Source: a virus (Duplodnaviria > Heunggongvirae > Uroviricota > Caudoviricetes). Taken from it: a stretch of DNA of 25,161 nt. The position numbers and the translations under genes are program-made. Numbering within the stretch: position 1 is the stretch's first letter; each line of letters starts with the position of its first letter. Below are positions 8,073 through 16,666 of this stretch, piece by piece. A model generated the notes under the pieces. The model saw only the letters and a list, made by a program, of their open reading frames with translations, was not told where the DNA came from and did not search any database. The stretch lies in the IMG/VR virus record IMGVR_UViG_2851938318_000004. The stretch is one strand, 5' to 3'.

Positions 8073-9143
8073 ATGGCTAACGCCTGGCTCAGATTATGGC
8101 ATGACATGCCAAATGACCCTAAGTGGCGAACAATTGCCAGGGTGTCAGGGCAGCCAATTGCAACAGTGATGGCAGTGTATATCCACCTCCTGGTGAGCGC
8201 GTCACGAAATGTCACGCGAGGTCACATTGATGTCACGACAGAAGATTTGGCAAGTGCGCTCGACGTGACAGAAGAGGTAATTGATTCAATTTTGCAGACG
8301 ATGCAGGGGCGGGTACTTGATGGTGATTTAATCACTGGATGGGAAAAACGCCAGGTGCTGAAAGAGGACAACGGCAATATTTCGCAAACCGCAAAATCTC
8401 CGGCAGAGCGCAAGAGGGCGCAGCGAGAGAGGGAAAGAAAGCGGGAACAAAATGGCGATTGTCACGGCGAGTCACGAAATGTCACGCACATGTCACGACG
8501 AGTCACGACAGATAAAGATACAGATAAAGATACAGATCAAGAAGATCAAAACACTATGGTCCATGGCGTAAAAAACGCCACGAACCAGGCAGGGGATGTT
8601 CAGACCGTCAATCCTGGTCAGCCAGCAGGCACGACACCGGAAGCCGATTCAGCGTATGCGCTGAAAGCCGATTCGGGCGCTGTGCAGCAGGTGATGACCG
8701 CAAGGCAGGAGCAATCACACCAACTTCAGCAGCCTGAAGCCGATTCCGCCATTCAGCGGGAAGCCGATCGGGTAGTCCCGGAAAACACCGGTCAGTCTGT
8801 GGGACGAGTGGATTATCCGGATGTGTTCGAACAGGTCTGGCGGGAGTACCCGTTGCGTGCTGGGGCAAACCCGAAGAAATCCGCTTTCAGTGCCTGGAAG
8901 GCCAGATTACGCGAGGGGGTGCCACCAGAGGCCATGCTGGATGGCGTGAGGCGTTACGCAAGATACTTGGCGGCTACCGGGAAAACGGGAACGGAATTTG
9001 TTCAGCGAGCGACGACGTTTTTTGGACCGGACCGGAATTTTGAGAACCCCTGGTTGCTCCCGGTAAGCGGCACGAACAACCAGCGTTGTGTGAATCATAT
9101 TTCTGAACCGGATAACGAAATTCCGCCGGGCTTCAGGGGGTAA
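8073..9143 (+). CDS. Replication initiation protein (lambda O-like role) with the origin iterons embedded in its coding sequence
   Basis: Third gene of the rightward operon; GAGG SD; contains two clusters of 10-11 bp-spaced GTCACG repeats and an AT-rich repeat. Confidence 0.65.
   Translation: MANAWLRLWHDMPNDPKWRTIARVSGQPIATVMAVYIHLLVSASRNVTRGHIDVTTEDLASALDVTEEVIDSILQTMQGRVLDGDLITGWEKRQVLKEDNGNISQTAKSPAERKRAQRERERKREQNGDCHGESRNVTHMSRRVTTDKDTDKDTDQEDQNTMVHGVKNATNQAGDVQTVNPGQPAGTTPEADSAYALKADSGAVQQVMTARQEQSHQLQQPEADSAIQREADRVVPENTGQSVGRVDYPDVFEQVWREYPLRAGANPKKSAFSAWKARLREGVPPEAMLDGVRRYARYLAATGKTGTEFVQRATTFFGPDRNFENPWLLPVSGTNNQRCVNHISEPDNEIPPGFRG
8201..8240 (+). repeat. Iteron cluster 1: four GTCACG/GTCACA motifs at helical-turn spacing (8201, 8211, 8221, 8232)
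   Basis: Read directly from sequence. Confidence 0.5.
8461..8552 (+). repeat. Iteron cluster 2 (five GTCACG at 8461, 8471, 8481, 8492, 8502) followed by AT-rich GATAAAGATACA x2 and two GATC sites: putative replication origin core
   Basis: Read directly from sequence; the layout parallels ori-lambda inside O. Confidence 0.6.
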
Positions 9144-9183
9144 GTGTTAATTTCTGGTCATGAGGTAATTTTCAGGAGGGCTT

Positions 9184-9606
9184 GTGGCAAAAGTTTTTAC
9201 ACAAGAAGAGCGGGAAAAAATTAAAGGGCAGGTTCTTGAACTCGTACGCCAGAGTGGGCGCGAGACGTTACGACAACTGGAAGCTAAAACTGGGGCAACA
9301 AGATATCTGATGAGCGTTCTGGCCAGAGAGCTGGTTGCCAGTGGCGATGTATACAACTCTGGTTACGGGTTATTCCCGTCTGAACAGGCGCGTAAGGACT
9401 GGCAAAATACCCGTAAAAAGCTCTCAAGGGCAAAGCTGAAGAAACCTGCAGTGGTTGATCCGGACCTTATCTGGTCGTTACCAGACGGCGAAATACGCCG
9501 CTACGACAGGCACCAGAACATAATTTGTCGTGAGAGCAGGAGGAGCGAAGTTATGCAGCGTGTGCTGGCGTTCTATCGGGGAAACTTTCAGGAGGTGATG
9601 GAGTGA
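9184..9606 (+). CDS. Hypothetical protein, 140 aa, GTG start, possible winged-helix N-terminus
   Basis: AGGAGG SD before GTG; occupies the position where a helicase loader is expected but has no Walker motifs. Confidence 0.5.
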   Translation: MAKVFTQEEREKIKGQVLELVRQSGRETLRQLEAKTGATRYLMSVLARELVASGDVYNSGYGLFPSEQARKDWQNTRKKLSRAKLKKPAVVDPDLIWSLPDGEIRRYDRHQNIICRESRRSEVMQRVLAFYRGNFQEVME

Positions 9607-9899
9607 GGGTGAGAGTTTATATTGCCGGTCCAATGACGGGATATGAAAATTTCAACCGTGAGGCATTTCACAAGGTGGAAGAGGAACTGAAACGGGAAGG
9701 GCATACCGTCTTAAACCCGGCAGTACTTCCGGACGGGCTGACACAGCCGCACTACATGGATATTTGCATGGCAATGATTCGTTGTGTGGATGCGATTTAC
9801 ATGCTGAATGGCTGGCAGCGGTCAGCGGGCGCTAAGGCAGAGCTGGCACTGGCGGAGAGACTGGGGCATGCGGTGATTTATCAGGAGGTGGCTCAATGA
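9603..9899 (+). CDS. DUF4406 / nucleoside 2-deoxyribosyltransferase-like small protein, 98 aa
   Basis: N-terminal YIAGPMTG motif typical of that fold; AGGAGG SD. Confidence 0.55.
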   Translation: MRVRVYIAGPMTGYENFNREAFHKVEEELKREGHTVLNPAVLPDGLTQPHYMDICMAMIRCVDAIYMLNGWQRSAGAKAELALAERLGHAVIYQEVAQ

Positions 9900-10357
9900 G
9901 AGAGGTTAACTATGAGGCGCTTCGTGAGGCAGCACAAAACTATCAGTCGACGCTGGCGTGGTATCAGGCTACCCCGGACAGCCCAAATGCTGAACGGGAT
10001 TGTGATGCGGCTCTTGCTGCGTTTAAGCGTCATATCCGTCATCGGGAAGCGGATATTATCGCTGGTTTGCTGGATGGACTGGAAGAAGCAAAATCACAAC
10101 TCAACGAGCAGCGTGAGTATTACGAAGGCGTTATCTCTGATGGGAGCAAGCGTATTGCTGAACTGGATGCGCGGGAAGTTCAATTACCGACTCGCTACGA
10201 CCTTCGATATGGACACCCGATAAATGCAGATGAGCGACATGTCATGATACCTAAAGAAAATGGCAGTTGGCTTTACCTGATTGACCTAGAACACGCATTA
10301 CGCGTCGCTGGCATTCGCATCAAAGGAGAGGAGCATGGAAATAAAACCAGAAGATGA
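9896..10357 (+). CDS. Hypothetical protein, 153 aa
   Basis: ATGA overlap with the upstream gene; AGGAGG SD. Confidence 0.55.
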   Translation: MREVNYEALREAAQNYQSTLAWYQATPDSPNAERDCDAALAAFKRHIRHREADIIAGLLDGLEEAKSQLNEQREYYEGVISDGSKRIAELDAREVQLPTRYDLRYGHPINADERHVMIPKENGSWLYLIDLEHALRVAGIRIKGEEHGNKTRR

Positions 10358-10691
10358 GTTAAGCAATATCGTTTTATTTCCGGTAAAAGAGGATGACCCT
10401 CGTAATCAGGTTAATTTTCTTTATGAGCCATCGGAAAGACCATATTGTCATCACGCCTCTGTCCGGGTTGACGAAAAAGAGCGTCAGGTCCGCTGTAAAA
10501 TCTGCGGTGCAGTTGTGGAGCCATTTGACTGGATGCTCTCTGTGGCGAAAAGAGAAACTAGGCTGGCAGATGATGTAAAGCTATTGCGCCAGGAGGAACA
10601 GGAAAGGCGGAAAAATATAGAAAAGTTAATTCAGATTGAGCGTAACGCGAAAGCGCGGATACGCAGGGTGACAAAATCCAGAACTGAATAA
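10335..10691 (+). CDS. Hypothetical protein with Cys/His zinc-ribbon-like motif (CHH ... CKIC), 118 aa
   Basis: AGGAGAGGAG SD; basic C-terminus. Confidence 0.55.
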   Translation: MEIKPEDELSNIVLFPVKEDDPRNQVNFLYEPSERPYCHHASVRVDEKERQVRCKICGAVVEPFDWMLSVAKRETRLADDVKLLRQEEQERRKNIEKLIQIERNAKARIRRVTKSRTE

Positions 10692-10741
10692 ATAAATTTA
10701 GCGCTGTAAATAAAATCTAATCCTTAACTGGAGGTGTATTT

Positions 10742-10954
10742 ATGTTAAATACACAGAAAGCCATTAATGCGGAAAAATATAACGAGTGGGCAAGAAAATT
10801 CTCTGAGCAGATTTTTAAAATTACTGGCGATGAGAATGCGGCAAAAAATGAATTAGAACCGTGGACGCCTGAAGGAGCCGACCCAAATTATTGCTGGAGG
10901 GAGGTTGATCCAGTTGATGCTGCAAATGAAGCTATGAGTTATCACAACGATTAA
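10742..10954 (+). CDS. Hypothetical protein, 70 aa
   Basis: GGAGG SD; followed by a GC hairpin (CCGCCC-GAAA-GGGCGG) near 10961-10980. Confidence 0.5.
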   Translation: MLNTQKAINAEKYNEWARKFSEQIFKITGDENAAKNELEPWTPEGADPNYCWREVDPVDAANEAMSYHND

Positions 10955-11205
10955 TGTCAGGAGGCCGCCCGAAAGGGCGGTAATGAATGGTCACATTATT
11001 TAGAAAAAATATCCGCGAAAGAGTAGAACAACAGAATTTCTGTTTCTCATTCTGTTTATCGTGTTGATGATACCGATATCCCCGTTAATCCTAGTCTGGA
11101 TAATCGGAAAAATAATTGAGCCAGTTATTGAATTGTATAACGACGTGGTATGGGCGTCATTCAACACACTGCACAATAAAATTAATCCGTATAAGGAAAA
11201 CTGAT

Positions 11206-11469
11206 ATGGCAACTTTGACAAAAAAAGAACGGGCATGGTTGAACGAATTACAGGAAGTTCTTGATCGCTGTCCATCACCGAAAAAAATTGGCTTTTACAC
11301 CATTGGCGATAAAAGCATTTACCTGTATGACCTACGCCGCATGGATGAAATCATGGAGGCTCTTGATAATCGTTCGTCGATGGATTGGTGTGTTGCTGTT
11401 CATGATATGAATGCAGGGTTTGATGAAAAGATTTTGTTCCCCTCATCAGTTGAAAGCACTGCGGGTTAA
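11206..11469 (+). CDS. Hypothetical protein, 87 aa
   Basis: AAGGA SD before the internal ATG (MATLTKKERAWLNEL...); preceded by about 220 bp of AT-rich non-coding DNA. Confidence 0.45.
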   Translation: MATLTKKERAWLNELQEVLDRCPSPKKIGFYTIGDKSIYLYDLRRMDEIMEALDNRSSMDWCVAVHDMNAGFDEKILFPSSVESTAG

Positions 11470-11479
11470 GGAGTAACAC

Positions 11480-12349
11480 ATGACCACTATTACCAAAGAA
11501 CGTATTGAATTGTTCATTAAAAATCCGCTTGAAAACGGGCTTACCCGTGGTGAACAAATGGAACTGGCACGGATTGCGCTGGCATCGCTGGAAGCAGAGC
11601 CGGTGGCAAAGATTATAGCTCATTACCCATTAGGGGTTGACGTAGGCAAACAAAAATTTGTACAGGCCATTAGAGAGCTTCCTGACTTTGGCGGATATCT
11701 ATTTGCCGCCCCTCCAGCGCCGATAGTGCCGGAAGAAATGTATTGGCAGGATGCGCCAGTTGAAGGCAGCAGCAAAGCGGCTGCATACGCTACAGGCTGG
11801 AACGATTGCCGCGAAGCCATGTTTCAGTCCGGAAACTTTCGGGAAAATAAAGATTCGTCAACCAATAATTTTCGGAAAATCCCGGAAGCGTCAACCAGCT
11901 CTCCGGTAACTCCGGCTCTTCTGCCTGGTGGTTTCACCATTGAGGAGGCGAAGGAATTACATGAAGACCTGGCACGCAGCCACATAAGCAAGGCCTTAAG
12001 TGGCGAAAAGATGAAAAAGAAAGATCGCGATGCTGATTTGCGCTGGATTCATGGCGTTATAGTTCAGGCAGCGTGGTTTGTAAAAGCATCACTGGAGCAG
12101 AATGCACTATCGGGCAACTATCCGGTAACTCCGGATAGTTGGATAAGCTGTAGTGAGCGAATGCCGGATACCAAAACAGCCGTTCTTGTTGCCAGGGATT
12201 TTGGCAGGAAAGGTGACTGGCGAATGAAATGGGCGACTTACATCCCGGGGCATCCTGACGCTAATGATGGGTGGATAATACCTGGTGCGTCGTGGATACC
12301 ATCACACTGGATGCCTCTACCAGAACCGCCGCAGGAGGTGCGCCAATGA
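11480..12349 (+). CDS. DUF551-domain phage protein, 289 aa
   Basis: C-terminal WISCSERMPD...W...IP..W.PLPEPP pattern typical of DUF551; AAGGAG SD. Confidence 0.6.
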   Translation: MTTITKERIELFIKNPLENGLTRGEQMELARIALASLEAEPVAKIIAHYPLGVDVGKQKFVQAIRELPDFGGYLFAAPPAPIVPEEMYWQDAPVEGSSKAAAYATGWNDCREAMFQSGNFRENKDSSTNNFRKIPEASTSSPVTPALLPGGFTIEEAKELHEDLARSHISKALSGEKMKKKDRDADLRWIHGVIVQAAWFVKASLEQNALSGNYPVTPDSWISCSERMPDTKTAVLVARDFGRKGDWRMKWATYIPGHPDANDGWIIPGASWIPSHWMPLPEPPQEVRQ

Positions 12350-12423
12350 ACTGGCCTGAAGCATTTGCAATTACAGGCGTTGCTATGGCTATCGCTTTTT
12401 TAGTATATGTTATTTGTCGGTGA
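12346..12423 (+). CDS. Small hydrophobic peptide, 25 aa (MNWPEAFAITGVAMAIAFLVYVICR)
   Basis: AGGAGG SD; ATGA overlap with the upstream stop. Below the ORF-track size cutoff. Confidence 0.3.
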   Translation: MNWPEAFAITGVAMAIAFLVYVICR

Positions 12424-12464
12424 GGGTAAAAACGTTCGCCGGGATTAACACCAAAGGAGGGAAT

Positions 12465-12569
12465 ATGTCGGATGATATATCACTGGCAATGGAAGGTGCG
12501 CTGGCTGTTGTTGCTGTTGTGGGCGTTTACTGCCTGGTTGTGTTTTTGATGGATCGACTAGGGAACTGA
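12465..12569 (+). CDS. Small hydrophobic peptide, 34 aa (MSDDISLAMEGALAVVAVVGVYCLVVFLMDRLGN)
   Basis: AAAGGAGGG SD 5 nt upstream; single predicted TM helix. Below the ORF-track size cutoff. Confidence 0.35.
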   Translation: MSDDISLAMEGALAVVAVVGVYCLVVFLMDRLGN

Positions 12570-12814
12570 ATTCATTACGATATGGGAATTCCCATATCGG
12601 GTAAAAACGGTTTGCGGTAAAGCGAGAGTTAAGTAGAATTGCTGCGGGTGCTTGAGGCTGTCTGCCTCGGGCATGCCACCGTAAGGCAGACAGAGAAAAG
12701 CCCCAGTTAACATTACGCGTCCTGCAAGACGCTTAACATTAATCTGAGGCCCAATCTATGCTTCACAAACGTAGGTTAGCCTCTTACGTGCCGAAAGGCA
12801 AGGAGAAGCAGGCT

Positions 12815-12970
12815 ATGAAGCAGCAAAAGGCGATGTTAATCGCCCTGATCGTCATCTGTTTAACCGTCATAGTGACGGCACTGGTAACGAGGAAAGACCT
12901 CTGCGAGGTACGAGTCCGAACCGGCCAGACGGAGGTCGCTGTCTTCACAGCTTACGAACCTGAGGAGTAA
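12815..12970 (+). CDS. hokD: Hok/Gef-family type I toxin (51 aa), HokD/RelF-like
   Basis: MKQQKAMLIALIVICLTVIVTALVTRKDLCEVRVRTGQTEVAVFTAYEPEE; in-frame upstream extension resembles a mok-like leader; inverted repeat CTGTCTGCC ... GGCAGACAG in the 5' leader. Confidence 0.85.
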   Translation: MKQQKAMLIALIVICLTVIVTALVTRKDLCEVRVRTGQTEVAVFTAYEPEE

Positions 12971-13039
12971 GAGACCCGGCGGGGGAGAAATCCCTCGCCA
13001 CCTCTGATGAATCAGGCATCCTCAACGCACCCGCACTTA

Positions 13040-13065
13040 ACCCGCTTCGGCGGGTTTTGTTTTTT
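13040..13065 (+). terminator. Intrinsic terminator after hok
   Basis: CCCGC-TTCG-GCGGG followed by TTTTGTTTTTT. Confidence 0.6.
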
Positions 13066-13137
13066 CCTGGCATTCTGGTTTACAATTCGCACGCCAGCCT
13101 GAACAACTGGCACCTGCTGCGCCAGCAGAGACAACCG

Positions 13138-13398
13138 ATGGCGCACGATACCAAATTATACAATTCTGATGATTCTGCCGTCTTTGCCAGCAGGCGCGGA
13201 CGGTGTTTTCACGCATTCAAATCTGACTGGTACCAGCATCCCCCATGCACTGAAGAACAGGCCGAATGGCTCATTCAGTGTTACCGCAGGCGCGGATGCG
13301 AGGTTAAAAAAGCCCTTAGCCTCGACTACCGTCACTGGATAATCTCCGTCAGGCTCCCTTACTCCGAACGGCCACCGCGTCCGTCCCGCACATTCTAG
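13138..13398 (+). CDS. rem: Rem-like small protein, 86 aa
   Basis: Sits between hok and ydfU as rem does in K-12 Qin; internal ATG chosen because the upstream part of the ORF overlaps the terminator. Confidence 0.5.
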   Translation: MAHDTKLYNSDDSAVFASRRGRCFHAFKSDWYQHPPCTEEQAEWLIQCYRRRGCEVKKALSLDYRHWIISVRLPYSERPPRPSRTF

Positions 13399-13417
13399 CA
13401 ACGGATCTGGAGGTAAT

Positions 13418-14467
13418 GTGCGGGTATTACTTCGACCTGTTCTGGTACCGGAACTCGGTCTGGTTATCGTTAAGCCAGGCCGTGAATCCATGCGGGTATT
13501 TCATGGCGGCAGGGTGCTGGTGGAGTCTGAACCGAAAAGCATGCGTAATCTGCCGTCCGGGGTCGTTCCTGCCGTTCGCCAGCCGCTGGCGGAAGATAAA
13601 TCATTACTGCCATTTTTCAGCAATGAGCGTGTGATTCGTGCTGCTGGTGGCGCTGGTGCACTGTCTGACTGGTTATTACGTCACGTTAAATCCTGCCAGT
13701 GGCCTCATGGTGATTATCATCACAGCGAAACTGTCATACATCGTTACGGTACCGGCGCGATGGTGTTGTGCTGGCACTGCGACAACCAGCTGCGCGACCA
13801 GACATCCGAATCACTTGAGCAACTTGCTCAACAAAACCTGTCAGCATGGATGATTGACGTCATCCGCCACGCAATGAATGGCATACAGGAACGGGAATTA
13901 TCGCTGGCTGAATTATCCTGGTGGGCAGTCTGCAATCAGGTGGTGGACGCATTACCTGAGGCAGTATCGCGTCGTTCTCTGGGATTACCGGCGGAAAAAA
14001 TCCGCTCCGTATACCGTGAAAGCGACATCATACCGGGAGAACAGACCGCCACCAGCATACTGAAGCAGCGCACAAAAAATATTGCGCTACCGCCTCACAC
14101 CCACCAGCAACAGAACCCACCACAGGAAAAGACGGTGGTCAGCATTGCCGTTGATCCGGAGTCTCCGGAATCCTTCATGAAACGACCTAAACGTCGCCGC
14201 TGGGTAAATGAGAAATACACACGCTGGGTAAAGACACAGCCGTGTGCGTGTTGTGGTAAGCCAGCGGACGATCCTCATCATCTGATTGGTCATGGTCAGG
14301 GTGGAATGGGAACAAAATCCCACGATATTTTCACGCTACCGCTGTGTCGGGAGCATCACAACGAGCTTCATGCGGATCCGCTGGCGTTCGAAGAAAAGCA
14401 TGGTTCCCAGGTTGATTTAATTTTTCGTTTTCTTGATCACGCTTTTGCAACCGGCGTGCTCGGGTAA
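13418..14467 (+). CDS. ydfU: YdfU-like DUF968 protein with C-terminal HNH-like Cys/His motif, 349 aa
   Basis: GGAGG SD before GTG start; C-terminal CACCGK...HHLIGHGQGG...CREHHNELH. Confidence 0.75.
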   Translation: MRVLLRPVLVPELGLVIVKPGRESMRVFHGGRVLVESEPKSMRNLPSGVVPAVRQPLAEDKSLLPFFSNERVIRAAGGAGALSDWLLRHVKSCQWPHGDYHHSETVIHRYGTGAMVLCWHCDNQLRDQTSESLEQLAQQNLSAWMIDVIRHAMNGIQERELSLAELSWWAVCNQVVDALPEAVSRRSLGLPAEKIRSVYRESDIIPGEQTATSILKQRTKNIALPPHTHQQQNPPQEKTVVSIAVDPESPESFMKRPKRRRWVNEKYTRWVKTQPCACCGKPADDPHHLIGHGQGGMGTKSHDIFTLPLCREHHNELHADPLAFEEKHGSQVDLIFRFLDHAFATGVLG

Positions 14468-14479
14468 AAGAGGTTACTG

Positions 14480-14851
14480 ATGCGTATAGAGTTTGTTTTG
14501 CCTTACCCGCCGACGGTGAACACCTACTGGCGACGTCGTGGCAGCACATATTTTGTATCAAAAGCCGGTGAGCGTTATCGCCGGGCTGTGGCGCTTATTG
14601 TTCGCCAGCAGCGGCTGAAATTAAGCCTGTCCGGACGGCTGGCAATAAAAATTATTGCAGAACCACCGGATAAGCGCCGCCGTGACCTGGACAACATTCT
14701 GAAAGCACCGCTGGATGCGCTGACGCATGCGGAAGTGCTCATTGATGACGAGCAGTTTGATGAAATCAATATTGTGCGCGGTCAGCCTGTGCCAGGTGGA
14801 CGGCTGGGCGTGAAGATTTACGAAATCAGAGGTGGTAACGATGGCGCGTGA
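14480..14851 (+). CDS. rusA: RusA-family Holliday junction resolvase
   Basis: [12 protein letters not shown] ... [17 protein letters not shown] ... LIDDEQ signature; AGAGG SD. Confidence 0.85.
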   Translation: MRIEFVLPYPPTVNTYWRRRGSTYFVSKAGERYRRAVALIVRQQRLKLSLSGRLAIKIIAEPPDKRRRDLDNILKAPLDALTHAEVLIDDEQFDEINIVRGQPVPGGRLGVKIYEIRGGNDGA

Positions 14852-15212
14852 TATCCAGATGGTTCTTGAGCGATGGGGGGCATGGGCAGCAAATAATCAT
14901 GAAGATGTAACATGGCCCTCGATAGCTGCTGGTTTTAAAGGATTAATCCCGACTAAAGTGAAATCACGTCCTCAGTGTTCTGATGATGACGCCATGATAA
15001 TTTGTGGTTGTATGGCACGATTAAACAAGAATAATCAGTATTTGCACGATTTGTTGGTGGATTATTACGTAGGTGGAATGACATTTATGGCTCTTGCACG
15101 TAAGCATAGATGTTCTGATGGGCTTATTGGTAAAAGGCTTTATAAAGCGGAAGGTATTATTGAAGGAATGCTTATGGCTCTGAATGTCCGGTTAGATATG
15201 GATATGCGGTAG
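14841..15212 (+). CDS. Late antiterminator Q (phage 82 / QuuD-type), 123 aa
   Basis: [23 protein letters not shown]..., zinc-binding CGCMARL motif; overlaps the rusA 3' end. Confidence 0.8.
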   Translation: MARDIQMVLERWGAWAANNHEDVTWPSIAAGFKGLIPTKVKSRPQCSDDDAMIICGCMARLNKNNQYLHDLLVDYYVGGMTFMALARKHRCSDGLIGKRLYKAEGIIEGMLMALNVRLDMDMR

Positions 15213-15303
15213 GGATATATAGTGATGAGGGTTATGTTTTCTGTGTTTATAATTAACATGTTTATTTTTTGATGGTCATGTATTGTGGAAGGTAGATAAA
15301 ATG

Positions 15304-15332
15304 TTGCCTGGTGAATTGAAAATATTGATAAT
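15304..15332 (+). promoter_or_regulatory. Candidate sigma70 promoter TTGCCT-N17-GATAAT upstream of the CPBP gene (possible PR'/qut region)
   Basis: Hexamers read from sequence; lies in the Q-proximal AT-rich intergenic region. Confidence 0.3.
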
Positions 15333-15363
15333 CAATCTTCATCATTAAATAAAAGGAGTGCTT

Positions 15364-16182
15364 ATGTGGATTGTGTTAGTACTGTCACTGTCAACTCTCA
15401 GTTGGCATAAGGTAGTGGCTTTTTCATTGTTGACGGTGTCTGTTGTCCTGGCTGTGCTTAATGATATTATTGATTGGTCGGTGTTATTTTTTGTTGCTAC
15501 AATCGTTTTTTTTATTATTTTGAAGTTCAACTGGAAATATAACGCCTGGGCTAAATCTATATATGAAGTTGGCATAGTTTTATCAGCCATAGCATTATCT
15601 TTCCATCTATGGCCAGGGTTTCACAATCCTGTAGTGCTAAATTCTGTTACTGTTGGCCCTCAAAGTACTCCCTATACAATGTATTTTAATTTTGATAAAG
15701 CGCTGGTGCCATTTTTGTTAGTCCTGTGTACATCTTCTTTGTTTAAAAAAGAAGTAAAATCAGAAGTGTCTTTGTGGAAGTGGGGGGCTCTGTCGCTCTC
15801 TGTTCCTCTTATCCTGTTTTTGGCTGTTTTTTTTGGTGGATTAAAGCCAGAGATTCATTTTCCTGAGTGGTTGCCAGAGTTTATATTGGCTAATTTGTTT
15901 TTTGTGTCTCTGGCAGAGGAATCATTATTTAGAGGGTATATTCAATCACGGCTATCAGAAGTAACGTCTCCATTGGTTGCATTAATTGTGGCGGCTTTGT
16001 TGTTTGGTTTTTATCACTATTCAGGTGGTGCTTTACTTGTATTATTTGCCACGTTATCTGGTGTTGTGTATGGATTGTCATGGATGTGGAGTGGGCGTTT
16101 GTGGGTTGCCACCCTTTTCCATTTTGGTTTGAATCTGTGTCACTTGTTATTCTTTACCTATCCATTTTTAAAACATAATTGA
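15364..16182 (+). CDS. CPBP (CAAX protease / bacteriocin-processing, Abi-domain) intramembrane metalloprotease, about 272 aa, multi-pass membrane protein
   Basis: All three CPBP motifs present: EESLFR (EExxxR), FGFYH (FxxxH), HFGLN (HxxxN). Strong AAAAGGAG SD; visibly AT-rich coding sequence. Confidence 0.8.
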   Translation: MWIVLVLSLSTLSWHKVVAFSLLTVSVVLAVLNDIIDWSVLFFVATIVFFIILKFNWKYNAWAKSIYEVGIVLSAIALSFHLWPGFHNPVVLNSVTVGPQSTPYTMYFNFDKALVPFLLVLCTSSLFKKEVKSEVSLWKWGALSLSVPLILFLAVFFGGLKPEIHFPEWLPEFILANLFFVSLAEESLFRGYIQSRLSEVTSPLVALIVAALLFGFYHYSGGALLVLFATLSGVVYGLSWMWSGRLWVATLFHFGLNLCHLLFFTYPFLKHN

Positions 16183-16322
16183 TTTTTTCTATGGTTTTAA
16201 ATTTATAAGACTGAAAAATAGCAGGACGTGACATTTGCATGAAAAATATGCACGGCAAAGCATTTACGTACGTAAAAAATCAGGTATGCTGTTAAGAGTG
16301 GTTATTTCGCCGCATAGCTTGA

Positions 16323-16345
16323 CCCCGCCTCTGAGCGGGTTTTTT
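16323..16345 (+). terminator. Intrinsic terminator in the CPBP / winged-helix intergenic region
   Basis: CCCGC-CTCTGA-GCGGG followed by TTTTTT. Confidence 0.5.
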
Positions 16346-16468
16346 GTGCCCGCAAAGTAGCGCAGTGCGTTAAATGTGCTGGTAGTTATTAATACAGGTC
16401 TTTCAGCTTGCTGGCTTTTTCGGCAAGAGTTATTGGTGTGTCACGTTAACCGGAAAGGGTAAAAAGAC

Positions 16469-16666
16469 ATGCTGAAACAGCAGGATATGACAGAAACCGC
16501 CAGAGTTGTGTTTGATGAATTAAGCGTCACCGAACCGGCGACAGTCGGGGAGATTGCGCAGAATACTTACCTTTCACGCGAACGCTGCCAGTTAATACTG
16601 ACCCAGCTTGTTATGGCGGGTCTGGCAGACTATCAGTGCGGTTGTTACAGACGCCTTCAGTCCTGA
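16469..16666 (+). CDS. Small winged-helix-like putative DNA-binding protein, 65 aa
   Basis: VTEPATVGEIAQNTYLSRERCQLILTQLVMAGL resembles an HTH recognition unit; SD-like AAGGG; terminator hairpin spans its stop codon. Confidence 0.45.
   Translation: MLKQQDMTETARVVFDELSVTEPATVGEIAQNTYLSRERCQLILTQLVMAGLADYQCGCYRRLQS

Noticed and set aside
8201-8552. Possible CRISPR array suggested by regularly spaced GTCACG repeats
   Set aside because: Repeats are only 6 bp with 4-5 bp spacers, lie inside a coding sequence and are followed by an AT-rich block; this fits origin iterons, not a CRISPR array.
11000-11278. 92-aa minus-strand ORF
   Set aside because: Low-complexity translation, no SD, and it overlaps an AT-rich intergenic region plus the start of a better-supported plus-strand gene.
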